This document shows, piece after piece, positions 37,098-45,139 of a stretch of 64,000 nucleotides of DNA. Source of the DNA: Pseudolysinimonas sp. (GTDB taxonomy: Bacteria; Actinomycetota; Actinomycetes; Actinomycetales; Microbacteriaceae). Position 1 is the first letter of the stretch. Each line of letters opens with the position of its first letter. The translations under genes and the position numbers were made by a program. The notes beneath the pieces are model-generated. The model was not told where the DNA came from and searched no databases. It worked only from the letters and a program-made list of their open reading frames with translations. Location of the stretch: assembly GCF_051954455.1 (NCBI RefSeq), contig NZ_JBQCHS010000024.1, positions 44,122 through 108,121 on the forward strand. The letters run 5' to 3'.

Positions 37098-38488
37098 CGG
37101 GTCGCCCCCGGCGCGGCGGCCTCCTCGGCGGCCTGCGCCGCGGCCCCGAGCACCTTGGTGTGCTGCCGGCCGGTCTCGACCGTGGGCTCCGCGAGCTTGC
37201 CGGGGTTGAGTAGCCCGTGCGGGTCGGTCTCGGCCGCCAGCTCGGCCGTGCGCTCCGGCTGGTAGTCGACGAACCACTGGTGCGGGTTGTGGAATCCGAT
37301 GCCCAGCTCGCGGATCTTCGCGAAGCCCGCGTAGACGTCCTCCGCGCCCGTGTAGCGGCCTGCGAGCATGCCGATCGGGCCCTGTTGCTGCCCCTCGATG
37401 TGCAGCATCCCGCCGGGGTAGATCGCCTGCAGCTCGTCGACCCGGTCGATGAGCCCCTCGCCGCCGACCTCGACGTGGAAGTAGGTGTCGGGGTAGGCCT
37501 TCTGCAGCCACTCGATCGGGTGGTTGTAGCTCGTCATGGACACCCGCATGGTGTGCTGCGCCCCCTCCTTCACCGCCTCCACCCGGCCGCCGGCCTCCTC
37601 GACGAGGCGCGTCGCCTCGGGGACACTGGCGACGTCGAGGATCGCGCGCAGGCTCGCGCGCCCGGCGGGCAGCCCCTCGTCGGCGGGCAGCGCCTCCGCG
37701 AGCGTCGGCTGGTCGCCGGAGACGAGGCGCGGGGTCGGCTGCAGCTGCGAGAACGTGCGGATGAGGCGGAAGGCGTCGTGGTAGTCCTCGAAGCTCGCGT
37801 AGAACGCGCGCCACTCCTGCAGCGGCTCGAGTGCGACCTTGACCCGCGCGATGATGCCGGCCGTGCCGTAGTTGTGGATGTACGGCTCGGTCGCCTCGCC
37901 GACCAGGTGGATGAGCTCCGCGTCCGGCACCGCGTGCACGACGTCGGCCTCGAGCACGTATCCGGTGTGCAGCATGCCGTTCTTGATCGACCCGGTGCCG
38001 CCGGAGCCGCCCGAGACGAAGCCGCCGATCGTCGAGTTGGCCGTCGACGGGTACATGAGCACCTGCTGGCCGGCCCGGTTCGCGGCCTGCTCGACCGCGA
38101 CCATCGTCGCACCGGCCTCCGCGACGAGCCAGCCGTCACCGACCTCGCTGATGGCGCGCGCCTTCGAGGTGTCGAGAACGAGTCCGCCCTCGAACGGGAT
38201 CGACTGCCCGTAGTTGCCGGTCCCCTTGCCGCGGGGCGTGATCGGGACGCCGTGGCGCACGGCGGCTCCGACGACGAGCGCGATCTCCTCCGCCGATCCC
38301 GGGTAGGCGACAAGCTGTGCGCGACCGAGCGGCAGCTGCTCGCTGATCACGGGGGAGAGGTAGGAGCCGTCGCGCGACGCCCGGTCGAGGGCGGCGTCCT
38401 CCGTGCTCACCGCCTTGTCGCCGATCAGCTCGCGGAGCTCGGCGGCGAGGGCCTCGATGGTCGGGGCGTCGACGCGGGTGGTGCTCAT
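37094..38488 (-). CDS. FAD-binding oxidoreductase (PCMH/VAO-type, FAD_binding_4)
   Basis: The ATG at 38488 gives VAYPGSAEEIALVVGAAVRHGVPITPRGKGTGNYGQS...STIGGFVSGGSGG. Confidence 0.8.
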   Translation of the reverse strand: MSTTRVDAPTIEALAAELRELIGDKAVSTEDAALDRASRDGSYLSPVISEQLPLGRAQLVAYPGSAEEIALVVGAAVRHGVPITPRGKGTGNYGQSIPFEGGLVLDTSKARAISEVGDGWLVAEAGATMVAVEQAANRAGQQVLMYPSTANSTIGGFVSGGSGGTGSIKNGMLHTGYVLEADVVHAVPDAELIHLVGEATEPYIHNYGTAGIIARVKVALEPLQEWRAFYASFEDYHDAFRLIRTFSQLQPTPRLVSGDQPTLAEALPADEGLPAGRASLRAILDVASVPEATRLVEEAGGRVEAVKEGAQHTMRVSMTSYNHPIEWLQKAYPDTYFHVEVGGEGLIDRVDELQAIYPGGMLHIEGQQQGPIGMLAGRYTGAEDVYAGFAKIRELGIGFHNPHQWFVDYQPERTAELAAETDPHGLLNPGKLAEPTVETGRQHTKVLGAAAQAAEEAAAPGATR

Positions 38489-38499
38489 GGTGGTGCCTT

Positions 38500-39264
38500 T
38501 CAGTGCATGACCATCCCGCCGGTGACGTTGATCGCCTGGCCGGTCAGGTAGTCGGAATCGGAGGAGGCGAGGAACAGGGCGACGCCCGCCACGTCGGAGG
38601 GCTCGCCGAGCCGGCCGAGGGGCGACCAGCTCGACCAGAGCGCCACGTCCTCCTCGGTGCGGGTCGCGGCGCCCATGTCGGTGAGGATGAAGCCGGGGCA
38701 GAGCGCGTTCGCGGTGATGTGGTGGCATCCCCACTCCAGCGCGGCCGCCCGCGTGAGGGCGACGACCGCGGACTTCGATGCGGCGTAGTGCGCCTCGTTC
38801 GCGCCGCCCTTCTTGGCGGCCATGCTCGCCAGGTTGATGATCTTGCCGCCGTGGTCGGCGTCGAGCCAGTGGCGCGCCGCCGTCTGCATGGTCGTGAGCA
38901 TCGCGCGGGCGTTGATCGCGAACATGCGGTTCCAGTCCTCGACGGTGATGTCGAGCAGCGGCTTCAGCTGCAGGATGCCGGCCGAGTTGACCAGCACGTC
39001 GAGGCCGCCGAGGCCCATGATCGCGGCGCGCACGGCGTCCTCGGTGCCGGCGGGGTCGAGCAGGTCGACCTCGTGGAAGGCGCCGCCGATCGAGTCCGCG
39101 GTGGCGCGCCCCTCCTCGGCGAGGCGGTCGAGGATCGCCACCCGTGCGCCCTCCCGGGAGAAGCGGGCGGCGATCTCGCCGCCGATGCCGCGGGCCCCGC
39201 CGGTGACCACGACCCGCGCGCCGTCGAGGCGTCGGGAGGCGGGCACCGGCAGGGCGTCGTTCAT
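38500..39264 (-). CDS. Classical short-chain dehydrogenase/reductase (SDR)
   Basis: VVVTGGARGIGGEIA, NSAG, and YAASKSAVVALTR (YxxxK). Confidence 0.9.
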   Translation of the reverse strand: MNDALPVPASRRLDGARVVVTGGARGIGGEIAARFSREGARVAILDRLAEEGRATADSIGGAFHEVDLLDPAGTEDAVRAAIMGLGGLDVLVNSAGILQLKPLLDITVEDWNRMFAINARAMLTTMQTAARHWLDADHGGKIINLASMAAKKGGANEAHYAASKSAVVALTRAAALEWGCHHITANALCPGFILTDMGAATRTEEDVALWSSWSPLGRLGEPSDVAGVALFLASSDSDYLTGQAINVTGGMVMH

Positions 39265-39283
39265 CGCGAGCGGATCCGTCGGC

Positions 39284-40462
39284 TCAGAAGCCGAGGCTGA
39301 TCTTCTTGTCGATGAACTCGTTGGTGAAGAGATCGCTCGCCTTCAGGCCGGCCTTCGGCGCGGAGCCGGTGGCCGTGAAGATCGGCGTGTCGATGTCGAT
39401 GATCTTCTGGATGCGCGACTCGTCCATGTCGCCGACGTAGCCGTTGTCCCCGTCGGACGCGATCTTGAGGTCCTTCATCGTCTTCACGCCGTACGCCGCG
39501 ACCTGCGCGTCGTAGACCCAGCCGTTGTTGTAGGCGGTCACGAGGTCGACGATCAGCTTGTTGGCCGCGGTCGGGTCCTTGAAGTAGTCCACGTCGGCCT
39601 GCTGCAGGACCGGCACGAGCTTCTTGAGGCACGGCGTCAGCTTCTCGAGGTCGCCGGTGCGCACCGAGAGCGCCTCCGGGTAGATCGGGTAGCCGGCGTC
39701 GTTGATGGTCTGGAACGCGACCTTCTTGTTCCAGGCCGCGACCTCGTGCGAATAGATGTACGGCTCGGCGGTCGCGAAGCCCTGCTGGCCCGAGACGCCC
39801 TTGTCGGCGACGAACTTCGCCGGGGTCCCGTCGTAGCTGCCGTCCGTCTGGCTCTCCTTGAGGATGCCGGCGCCGGTCAGGTACGACATGTACGCCGCGC
39901 CCTTGAAGTACCGCACGGTCGCGCCGGGCTTCAGCGCCTCGCCGAGCTCCTTGATGGTCTTGACCTTCGGGTAGACCGACGGGTCCCACATGATCATCTG
40001 CGGGGACGTGTCGTTCTCGGCCATGACCGCGGTCATCGGGAACTTGTCGCTGAACTGCACGGCCTCGTCGGTCGAGATGTAGCCCATCGTGATCGACTTG
40101 TCGGAGTAGACCTGCGAGCTGACCGTCTGGTAGCCGATGGCGGGGCCGCCGGAGCGGACCTCGATCTTGACCCCGGTGGGGGCGCCCTGCGAGTAGAGGT
40201 CGCCCGTGACGATCTTCTTGTCGGAGTCGATCTTGGGGTTCGGTCCGACCATCTCGTAGAGCTGGCCGTGGTCGGCCTCCGGGTTCCAGTCGGTCTGGAA
40301 CACGATCGTCGAGGGGCAGACGCTCGCGAGGTCGACCTTGGCGCCCTTGGCGGCGGCCGGGGTCGAGTCGCCGCCGCTGCCGCCGCCGGAGCAGGCGGCG
40401 AGCAGGGCGGCGCTCGCCGCGGCGAGGCCGATCACGGCGAGGATGCGCGGTCTGTGGTGCAT
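39284..40462 (-). CDS. ABC transporter substrate-binding lipoprotein, NitT/TauT (SsuA/ThiY/NMT1-like) family
   Basis: The ATG at 40462 is followed by a signal peptide with lipobox (LLAACSGG). FQTDWNPEADHGQLY resembles the ThiY/NMT1-type fold as I recall it. Confidence 0.75.
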   Translation of the reverse strand: MHHRPRILAVIGLAAASAALLAACSGGGSGGDSTPAAAKGAKVDLASVCPSTIVFQTDWNPEADHGQLYEMVGPNPKIDSDKKIVTGDLYSQGAPTGVKIEVRSGGPAIGYQTVSSQVYSDKSITMGYISTDEAVQFSDKFPMTAVMAENDTSPQMIMWDPSVYPKVKTIKELGEALKPGATVRYFKGAAYMSYLTGAGILKESQTDGSYDGTPAKFVADKGVSGQQGFATAEPYIYSHEVAAWNKKVAFQTINDAGYPIYPEALSVRTGDLEKLTPCLKKLVPVLQQADVDYFKDPTAANKLIVDLVTAYNNGWVYDAQVAAYGVKTMKDLKIASDGDNGYVGDMDESRIQKIIDIDTPIFTATGSAPKAGLKASDLFTNEFIDKKISLGF

Positions 40463-40524
40463 GGGATCTCCTGTCGGGAACGTGAGGTGGAGCAGGGGAT
40501 GGTGCGGTGGTGCCGGTGGTGGGA

Positions 40525-41376
40525 TCAGAACTCGTACCAGCGGCCGATGGCCAGCCGGGCGAGGGCGCCGAAGACGACGAACACCAGGACGCCGAGGAGC
40601 GACGCGGTGAGGATCGCGGCGAAGGTGCCGGGGCCGTTGAGGCGCGAGGTGGCGACCTGGATGAGGACGCCGAGGCCCGGCGTCCCGCGCTGGAAGAACT
40701 GGTCGCCCACGATCGCGCCGATGACGCTCAGGCCCGCCGCCGTCCGCAGGCCGACGAAGATCGACGGGAGCGCCGCGGGGAAGCGGAGCTTCACGAGCGT
40801 GGTCAGCCGGCCGGCGCCCTGCAGCTGGAACAGCTCCCGCTGCCCCTTGTCGGCCGAGAGCAGGCCGAACAGGGTGTTCGACACGAGCGGGAAGAGCGAG
40901 ATCATCGTCGTGACGAGCACCCGGCTGAAGAACTCGTAGCCGAACAGGGTGCCGATGAGCGGCACGAGCGCGAGGATCGGGATGCACTGCAGCACGACCG
41001 CGTACGGGTAGAAGGAGCGCTCGACCCACTTCGCCTGCGCCATGAGCGTCGCCCACAGGACGCCGATCACGATCGCGGCCGCGAGGCCGGTGAGGGCGAC
41101 CAGGCTCGAGTTGAGCAGGTTCTGCCGCAGCTGCGGGCCGAAGAAGGGGTCCCAGAGCTGGGCGACCACCTGGTGCGGGTACGGCCAGAGCCAGGTCTGC
41201 TTCTGGACCTTGTCGTAGTAGAAGGCGATCAGGTAGGCGACGCCGACGAGGCCGATGAAGACGACGACCGGCTGCCAGACCGACATGTAGCGACGGCCGC
41301 GGTAGACCGCGCGGCGCAGCTCGCGGGTCTCGTTGCGCTCGACGGCGGTCGTCGAGGAGACCAGGGATCCGGACAT
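40525..41376 (-). CDS. ABC transporter permease (NitT/TauT type)
   Basis: Six TM segments and an EAA-like loop (SADKGQRELFQLQGAGRLTTLVKLRFPAALP). Confidence 0.85.
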   Translation of the reverse strand: MSGSLVSSTTAVERNETRELRRAVYRGRRYMSVWQPVVVFIGLVGVAYLIAFYYDKVQKQTWLWPYPHQVVAQLWDPFFGPQLRQNLLNSSLVALTGLAAAIVIGVLWATLMAQAKWVERSFYPYAVVLQCIPILALVPLIGTLFGYEFFSRVLVTTMISLFPLVSNTLFGLLSADKGQRELFQLQGAGRLTTLVKLRFPAALPSIFVGLRTAAGLSVIGAIVGDQFFQRGTPGLGVLIQVATSRLNGPGTFAAILTASLLGVLVFVVFGALARLAIGRWYEF

Positions 41377-42143
41377 CAGCTGTGCCCCTCTCGGAGAGCG
41401 TGCGAGACCTGGCCGACGAGCTCGGCGAACTCGGCGGTGAAGCGGATGTCGGGGTCGCGCGGCATCGGGAACGGCACCTCGAACTCGTCGACGATGGTGC
41501 CGGGCCGGCCCGACATGACGATGACGCGGGTCGAGAGGTAGACCGCCTCCGACACCGAATGGGTGATGAACAGCCCCGCGAACCGCTTCTCGACGAAGAG
41601 CCGCAGCAGCTCGTCGTTGAGGCGCTCGCGGGTGATCTCGTCGAGGGCGCCGAACGGCTCGTCGAAGAGGAAGAGCTCGGGGTCGAGGGTGAGCGAGCGC
41701 GCGAGCGAGGTGCGCATCTTCATGCCGCCCGAGAGCTGCTTCGGCAGGCTCTTCTCGAAGCCGGTGAGGCCGACGAGGTCGATGGCCTCCTGCGCCTTCG
41801 CGGCGCGCGCCGCCTTCGGCGTCCTGTGCAGCTCCGCGAGCAGCTCAACGTTGCGCTGCACGGTGCGCCACTGCAGCAGGGTCGCGTCCTGGAACACGTA
41901 GCCGATGCGGTTCGTCGTCGTCGTCGCGCTGCCGTGGCTGTGCTTCTCGAGCCCCGACGCGATCCGCAGCAGCGTCGACTTGCCGCAGCCGGACGGTCCC
42001 ACCACGGTGACGAACTCGCCGCGCTTCACGGTCAGGTCGACGTCGTGCAGTGCGACCACCCCGTTCGGGAAGGTCATCTCGACGTCGCGGAAGTCGAGCA
42101 GGGTGTCGGTCGCGGTGGCGGCCGGGGGAGAGATGACGCTCAT
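41376..42143 (-). CDS. ABC transporter ATP-binding protein
   Basis: Walker A GPSGCGKST, signature LSGGMKMR, Walker B LFLFDEP. Confidence 0.9.
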   Translation of the reverse strand: MSVISPPAATATDTLLDFRDVEMTFPNGVVALHDVDLTVKRGEFVTVVGPSGCGKSTLLRIASGLEKHSHGSATTTTNRIGYVFQDATLLQWRTVQRNVELLAELHRTPKAARAAKAQEAIDLVGLTGFEKSLPKQLSGGMKMRTSLARSLTLDPELFLFDEPFGALDEITRERLNDELLRLFVEKRFAGLFITHSVSEAVYLSTRVIVMSGRPGTIVDEFEVPFPMPRDPDIRFTAEFAELVGQVSHALREGHS

Positions 42144-43372
42144 CGAGCTGCCTCCAGGAGGGGGGAGCGGGCGGATGCCGGCGCGGCGACGTGCCGGGTG
42201 AGCTCGGACCGGGCGACGATCCGGCCGGCGTGGAGGACGATGCGGTCGGCCGGCGCGCTCGCGACGACCTCGGCGAGCCCGGAGGCGCGCACGGCGAGCA
42301 GGTCGGCGGCGGCACCCGGGACGGGTCCGGCGGCGGGCAGGCCCATGACCTCGCGGGCGCCGTCGGCGACGAGGCCGTACGCCTCGTCGATCGTCAGGTG
42401 CCCGGCGACGACGAGCAGCATGGCGGTCTCGAGCGCGTCGCCGCGGCCGAGCGGGTTGAAGGGGTCGCGCACGTTGTCGGCGCCGGCGGCGACCCGGGCT
42501 CCGGCGTCGAGGAGGGTGCGCAGCGCGGTGAGGCCGCGCGGGGTGCCGACCGGCGACTCCCAGCCCTGGAGGTAGAGGTTGGTGATCGGGTTCGCGATCA
42601 CGCCGACGCGCGAGGCGACCACCTCGGCGACCACGGGGGCGAGCTCCGCGTCGGTCATCATCCCGAGGCGCACGCAATGCCCTGCGGAGACGTTCTGCGG
42701 CCAGTCGCGCACGATGCGGGCGAACTCGAGGAGGGTGTCGGCGCCATCGAGGCTCTCGTCGGTGTGCAGGTCGACCGGGGTCCCGCGGCGCTCGGCGATC
42801 GCGAGGAGGCGGCGGAGGTCGGTGACCGGGTCCGCCGCGAGGTGCGGGGCGCCTCCGACCGCGTCGACCCCCGCGTCGAGCGCGGCCTCGACGGCCGCGT
42901 CCGGCGCCTCGGGGCCGGCGAGGGCCACGAGCTCCAGGTCCATGAGGCCCGCCAGGTGCTCGCGTACCGTGACCAGCGCGCGCACCCCGCGCAGGGCGTC
43001 GCCGGTCGTGAGGATGTCGACGTGGGTGCGGATCGCGGTCGTGCCGTTCGCGAGCATCTCGAGCGCCTGCGCGAGGGCGCGTTCGGCGATGTCGTCCTCG
43101 GTCATCGAGATCGTGTGCGCCTTCCAGGAGGCGATGGCGAGGCCGAGGTCGCCCATCGGCGGCTGGATCGCATCCCAGGAGCGCGCCTTGTCGAGGTGGG
43201 CGTGCGGGTCGGCGGCCGCGGTGAGCAGGGTGTAGCCGGTGAGGTCGAGCTCGTCCGGTCCGACGGTGCCGCCGGCGGCCGGGACGACGGCCTCCACGCG
43301 TCCGCGCGCGAGCCTCACGTCGACCGTGCTGCCATCGGCGAGAGCGGCGCCGCGCAGGGCGCTCACCGGCAT
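42140..43372 (-). CDS. CodA-like amidohydrolase (cytosine/creatinine deaminase family)
   Basis: The ATG at 43372 (alternative GTG at 43387) gives AAADPHAHLDK...IRTHVDI...VDLHTDES...SAGHCV...AAGADNVRDPFNPLGRGD. Confidence 0.78.
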   Translation of the reverse strand: MPVSALRGAALADGSTVDVRLARGRVEAVVPAAGGTVGPDELDLTGYTLLTAAADPHAHLDKARSWDAIQPPMGDLGLAIASWKAHTISMTEDDIAERALAQALEMLANGTTAIRTHVDILTTGDALRGVRALVTVREHLAGLMDLELVALAGPEAPDAAVEAALDAGVDAVGGAPHLAADPVTDLRRLLAIAERRGTPVDLHTDESLDGADTLLEFARIVRDWPQNVSAGHCVRLGMMTDAELAPVVAEVVASRVGVIANPITNLYLQGWESPVGTPRGLTALRTLLDAGARVAAGADNVRDPFNPLGRGDALETAMLLVVAGHLTIDEAYGLVADGAREVMGLPAAGPVPGAAADLLAVRASGLAEVVASAPADRIVLHAGRIVARSELTRHVAAPASARSPLLEAAR

Positions 43373-43437
43373 CGGCAGCTCGGGCACGGGCGGCTCCTCG
43401 GGGGCGGGGAATGTTGATGGGCTCAACACCCCTGACG

Positions 43438-43458
43438 CTAGAAACCGTTCGTTTCGAG
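43438..43458. promoter_or_regulatory. 21-bp imperfect palindrome (candidate operator) in the divergent promoter region
   Basis: ctaGAAACcgttcGTTTCgag has a perfect GAAAC-N5-GTTTC core. It is followed by a 12-nt direct repeat, ctgcggccgacc, at 43491-43502 and 43508-43519. Confidence 0.4.
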
Positions 43459-43564
43459 CGTGTGACGGATCCGTCTCGGCACGTAAACTCCTGCGGCCGA
43501 CCGTCTTCTGCGGCCGACCCGCTGTGGTTGTCTGTCCACGCCCGCCCCGCGAGAGGAGTCCGCC

Positions 43565-44158
43565 GTCAGCACCATCGACGCCGCGCCCGATGCCGCCGCC
43601 GCCCAGATCGGCCCCCGGATCCGGCGCGTCCGGCACACCCGCGGGCTCACCCTGGTCCAGCTGGCCGACCGCGCCGAGCTCTCGCATCCCTTCCTGAGCC
43701 AGCTCGAACGCGGCCTCGCGCGGCCGAGCTTCACCTCGCTCGAGCGGATCGCCCGCGCCCTCGGCACGAGCCAGCTGGAGCTGCTCGCCGGCGCGGAGGA
43801 GGACGCGGATGCGCGCCGCGACCAGCCGGCCGTGAGCGTCGTCCGCCGCGGCGACGGCACGCAGGGCGCCTACGGCGAGGGCGACGCGCGCATGCTCGTC
43901 CACGGCCACCGCCGCTTCCACCCGATGGAGATCACGGGAGCGAACCGCGACTGGGGCGTGCTGTTCTCGCACGCCGAGGACGAGTTCCTGTACGTGCTCG
44001 ACGGCCGCATCGAGCTCGACCTCGGGCCCGAGGGGATGTTCGTGCTCGCGACCGGCGACGCCGTGCACTGCGACGGTGGGGTGCCGCACCGCTGGCGTGC
44101 GATGGGTGACGAGGGCTACCGGCTGCTCGTGGTCAAGGACGCGCCCCGGCGGCTGTGA
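43565..44158 (+). CDS. XRE-family HTH plus cupin transcriptional regulator. The start codon is unresolved: the first canonical start is GTG 43832, which would delete the HTH
   Basis: In one frame: IGPRIRRVRHTRGLTLVQLADRAELSHPFLSQLERGLARPSFTSLERIARALG (HTH_3), then a cupin (FLYVLDGRIELDL...GDAVHCDGGVPHRW). A gagaggag SD lies at 43551-43558. The codon 6 nt downstream is GTC (43565). Confidence 0.6.
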   Translation, partial: VSTIDAAPDAAAAQIGPRIRRVRHTRGLTLVQLADRAELSHPFLSQLERGLARPSFTSLERIARALGTSQLELLAGAEEDADARRDQPAVSVVRRGDGTQGAYGEGDARMLVHGHRRFHPMEITGANRDWGVLFSHAEDEFLYVLDGRIELDLGPEGMFVLATGDAVHCDGGVPHRWRAMGDEGYRLLVVKDAPRRL

Positions 44159-44168
44159 GGATGATGCC

Positions 44169-45116
44169 GTGAACCGCCCCCGCTCCTCCGACGTCGACCC
44201 GGTCGTGCTCGCGCGGACGGACGTCGCCGACGGCCTCGCCGTCCTCGAGCTCGGCCTGCCCGACGGCGCGCCGATGCCCTCGTGGGAGCCGGGCGCCCAT
44301 GTCGACGTGCTGCTGCCGTCGGGTCTCGTGCGGCAGTACTCGCTGTGCGGCGACCCCGATGCGCCCACCTGGCGGCTCGGGGTGCTGCGCGAGGCGGGCG
44401 GCCGCGGCGGCTCGGCGGAGGTGCTGCGGATCGCGACCGAGGGCCGGGTGCTCCGGCTCGCGGGACCGCGCACCCACTTCTCCTTCGACGCCCGGTCGTC
44501 GGCGCCCGCGCTGCTCATCGCCGGTGGCATCGGGATCACGCCGATCGCCCCGATGGCGGCTCTCGCCGCGGAGGCCGGGGCCGACTACGTGCTGCACTAC
44601 GCGGGCCACGACGGCCGGATGGCGCTCGTCGACGCGCTGCGCGCGCGGCACGGCGACCGGCTCGTCCTGCACGTCGACGCGCGCCCGGACGTCGGGGCGC
44701 TCATCGCCGGGAGTGCGCCGGACGCGATCGTGTACTGCTGCGGTCCCGCGTCGCTCATCGATGCGGTCGAGGCGGCGTGCCTCGCCCGCGGCCGCGAGTT
44801 CCGCACCGAGCGGTTCGAGGCCGAGACGCTCACCCCGCCCGTGTGGGACGGTCCGTTCGAGGTCGAGCTGGAGGCCTCGGGGCTGACCCTGGAGGTGCCG
44901 CCGGAGCGCAGCGTGCTCGAGGTCGTCGAGGAGGCCGGCGTGCTCGTGCTCTCGTCGTGCACGGAGGGCACCTGCGGCACCTGCGAGACTCCGGTGCTCG
45001 AGGGCGAGGTCGACCACCGCGACTCGATCCTCACCCCCGCCGAGCGCGCGCGGAACGACGTCATGTTCGTGTGCGTCTCGCGCGCGGCGTGCCCGCGTCT
45101 GGTGCTCGACCTCTAG
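44169..45116 (+). CDS. PDR/VanB-family oxidoreductase (flavin reductase domain plus C-terminal plant-type 2Fe-2S)
   Basis: GTG start. RQYSLCG, LIAGGIGITPI and CTEGTCGTCETPV...FVCVS. Confidence 0.8.
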   Translation: MNRPRSSDVDPVVLARTDVADGLAVLELGLPDGAPMPSWEPGAHVDVLLPSGLVRQYSLCGDPDAPTWRLGVLREAGGRGGSAEVLRIATEGRVLRLAGPRTHFSFDARSSAPALLIAGGIGITPIAPMAALAAEAGADYVLHYAGHDGRMALVDALRARHGDRLVLHVDARPDVGALIAGSAPDAIVYCCGPASLIDAVEAACLARGREFRTERFEAETLTPPVWDGPFEVELEASGLTLEVPPERSVLEVVEEAGVLVLSSCTEGTCGTCETPVLEGEVDHRDSILTPAERARNDVMFVCVSRAACPRLVLDL

Positions 45117-45124
45117 CTCGGCTG

Positions 45125-45139
45125 GCCGGGTCGCCCGGC
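45125..45139. terminator. Short hairpin between two convergent stops
   Basis: gccggg-tcg-cccggc lies between the stops at 45116 (+) and 45139 (-). Confidence 0.3.

Noticed and set aside
39284-41056. A 590-aa extended version of the substrate-binding protein ORF
   Set aside because: The upstream extension is Arg/Pro junk overlapping the permease gene. A signal peptide with lipobox begins at the internal ATG (40462).
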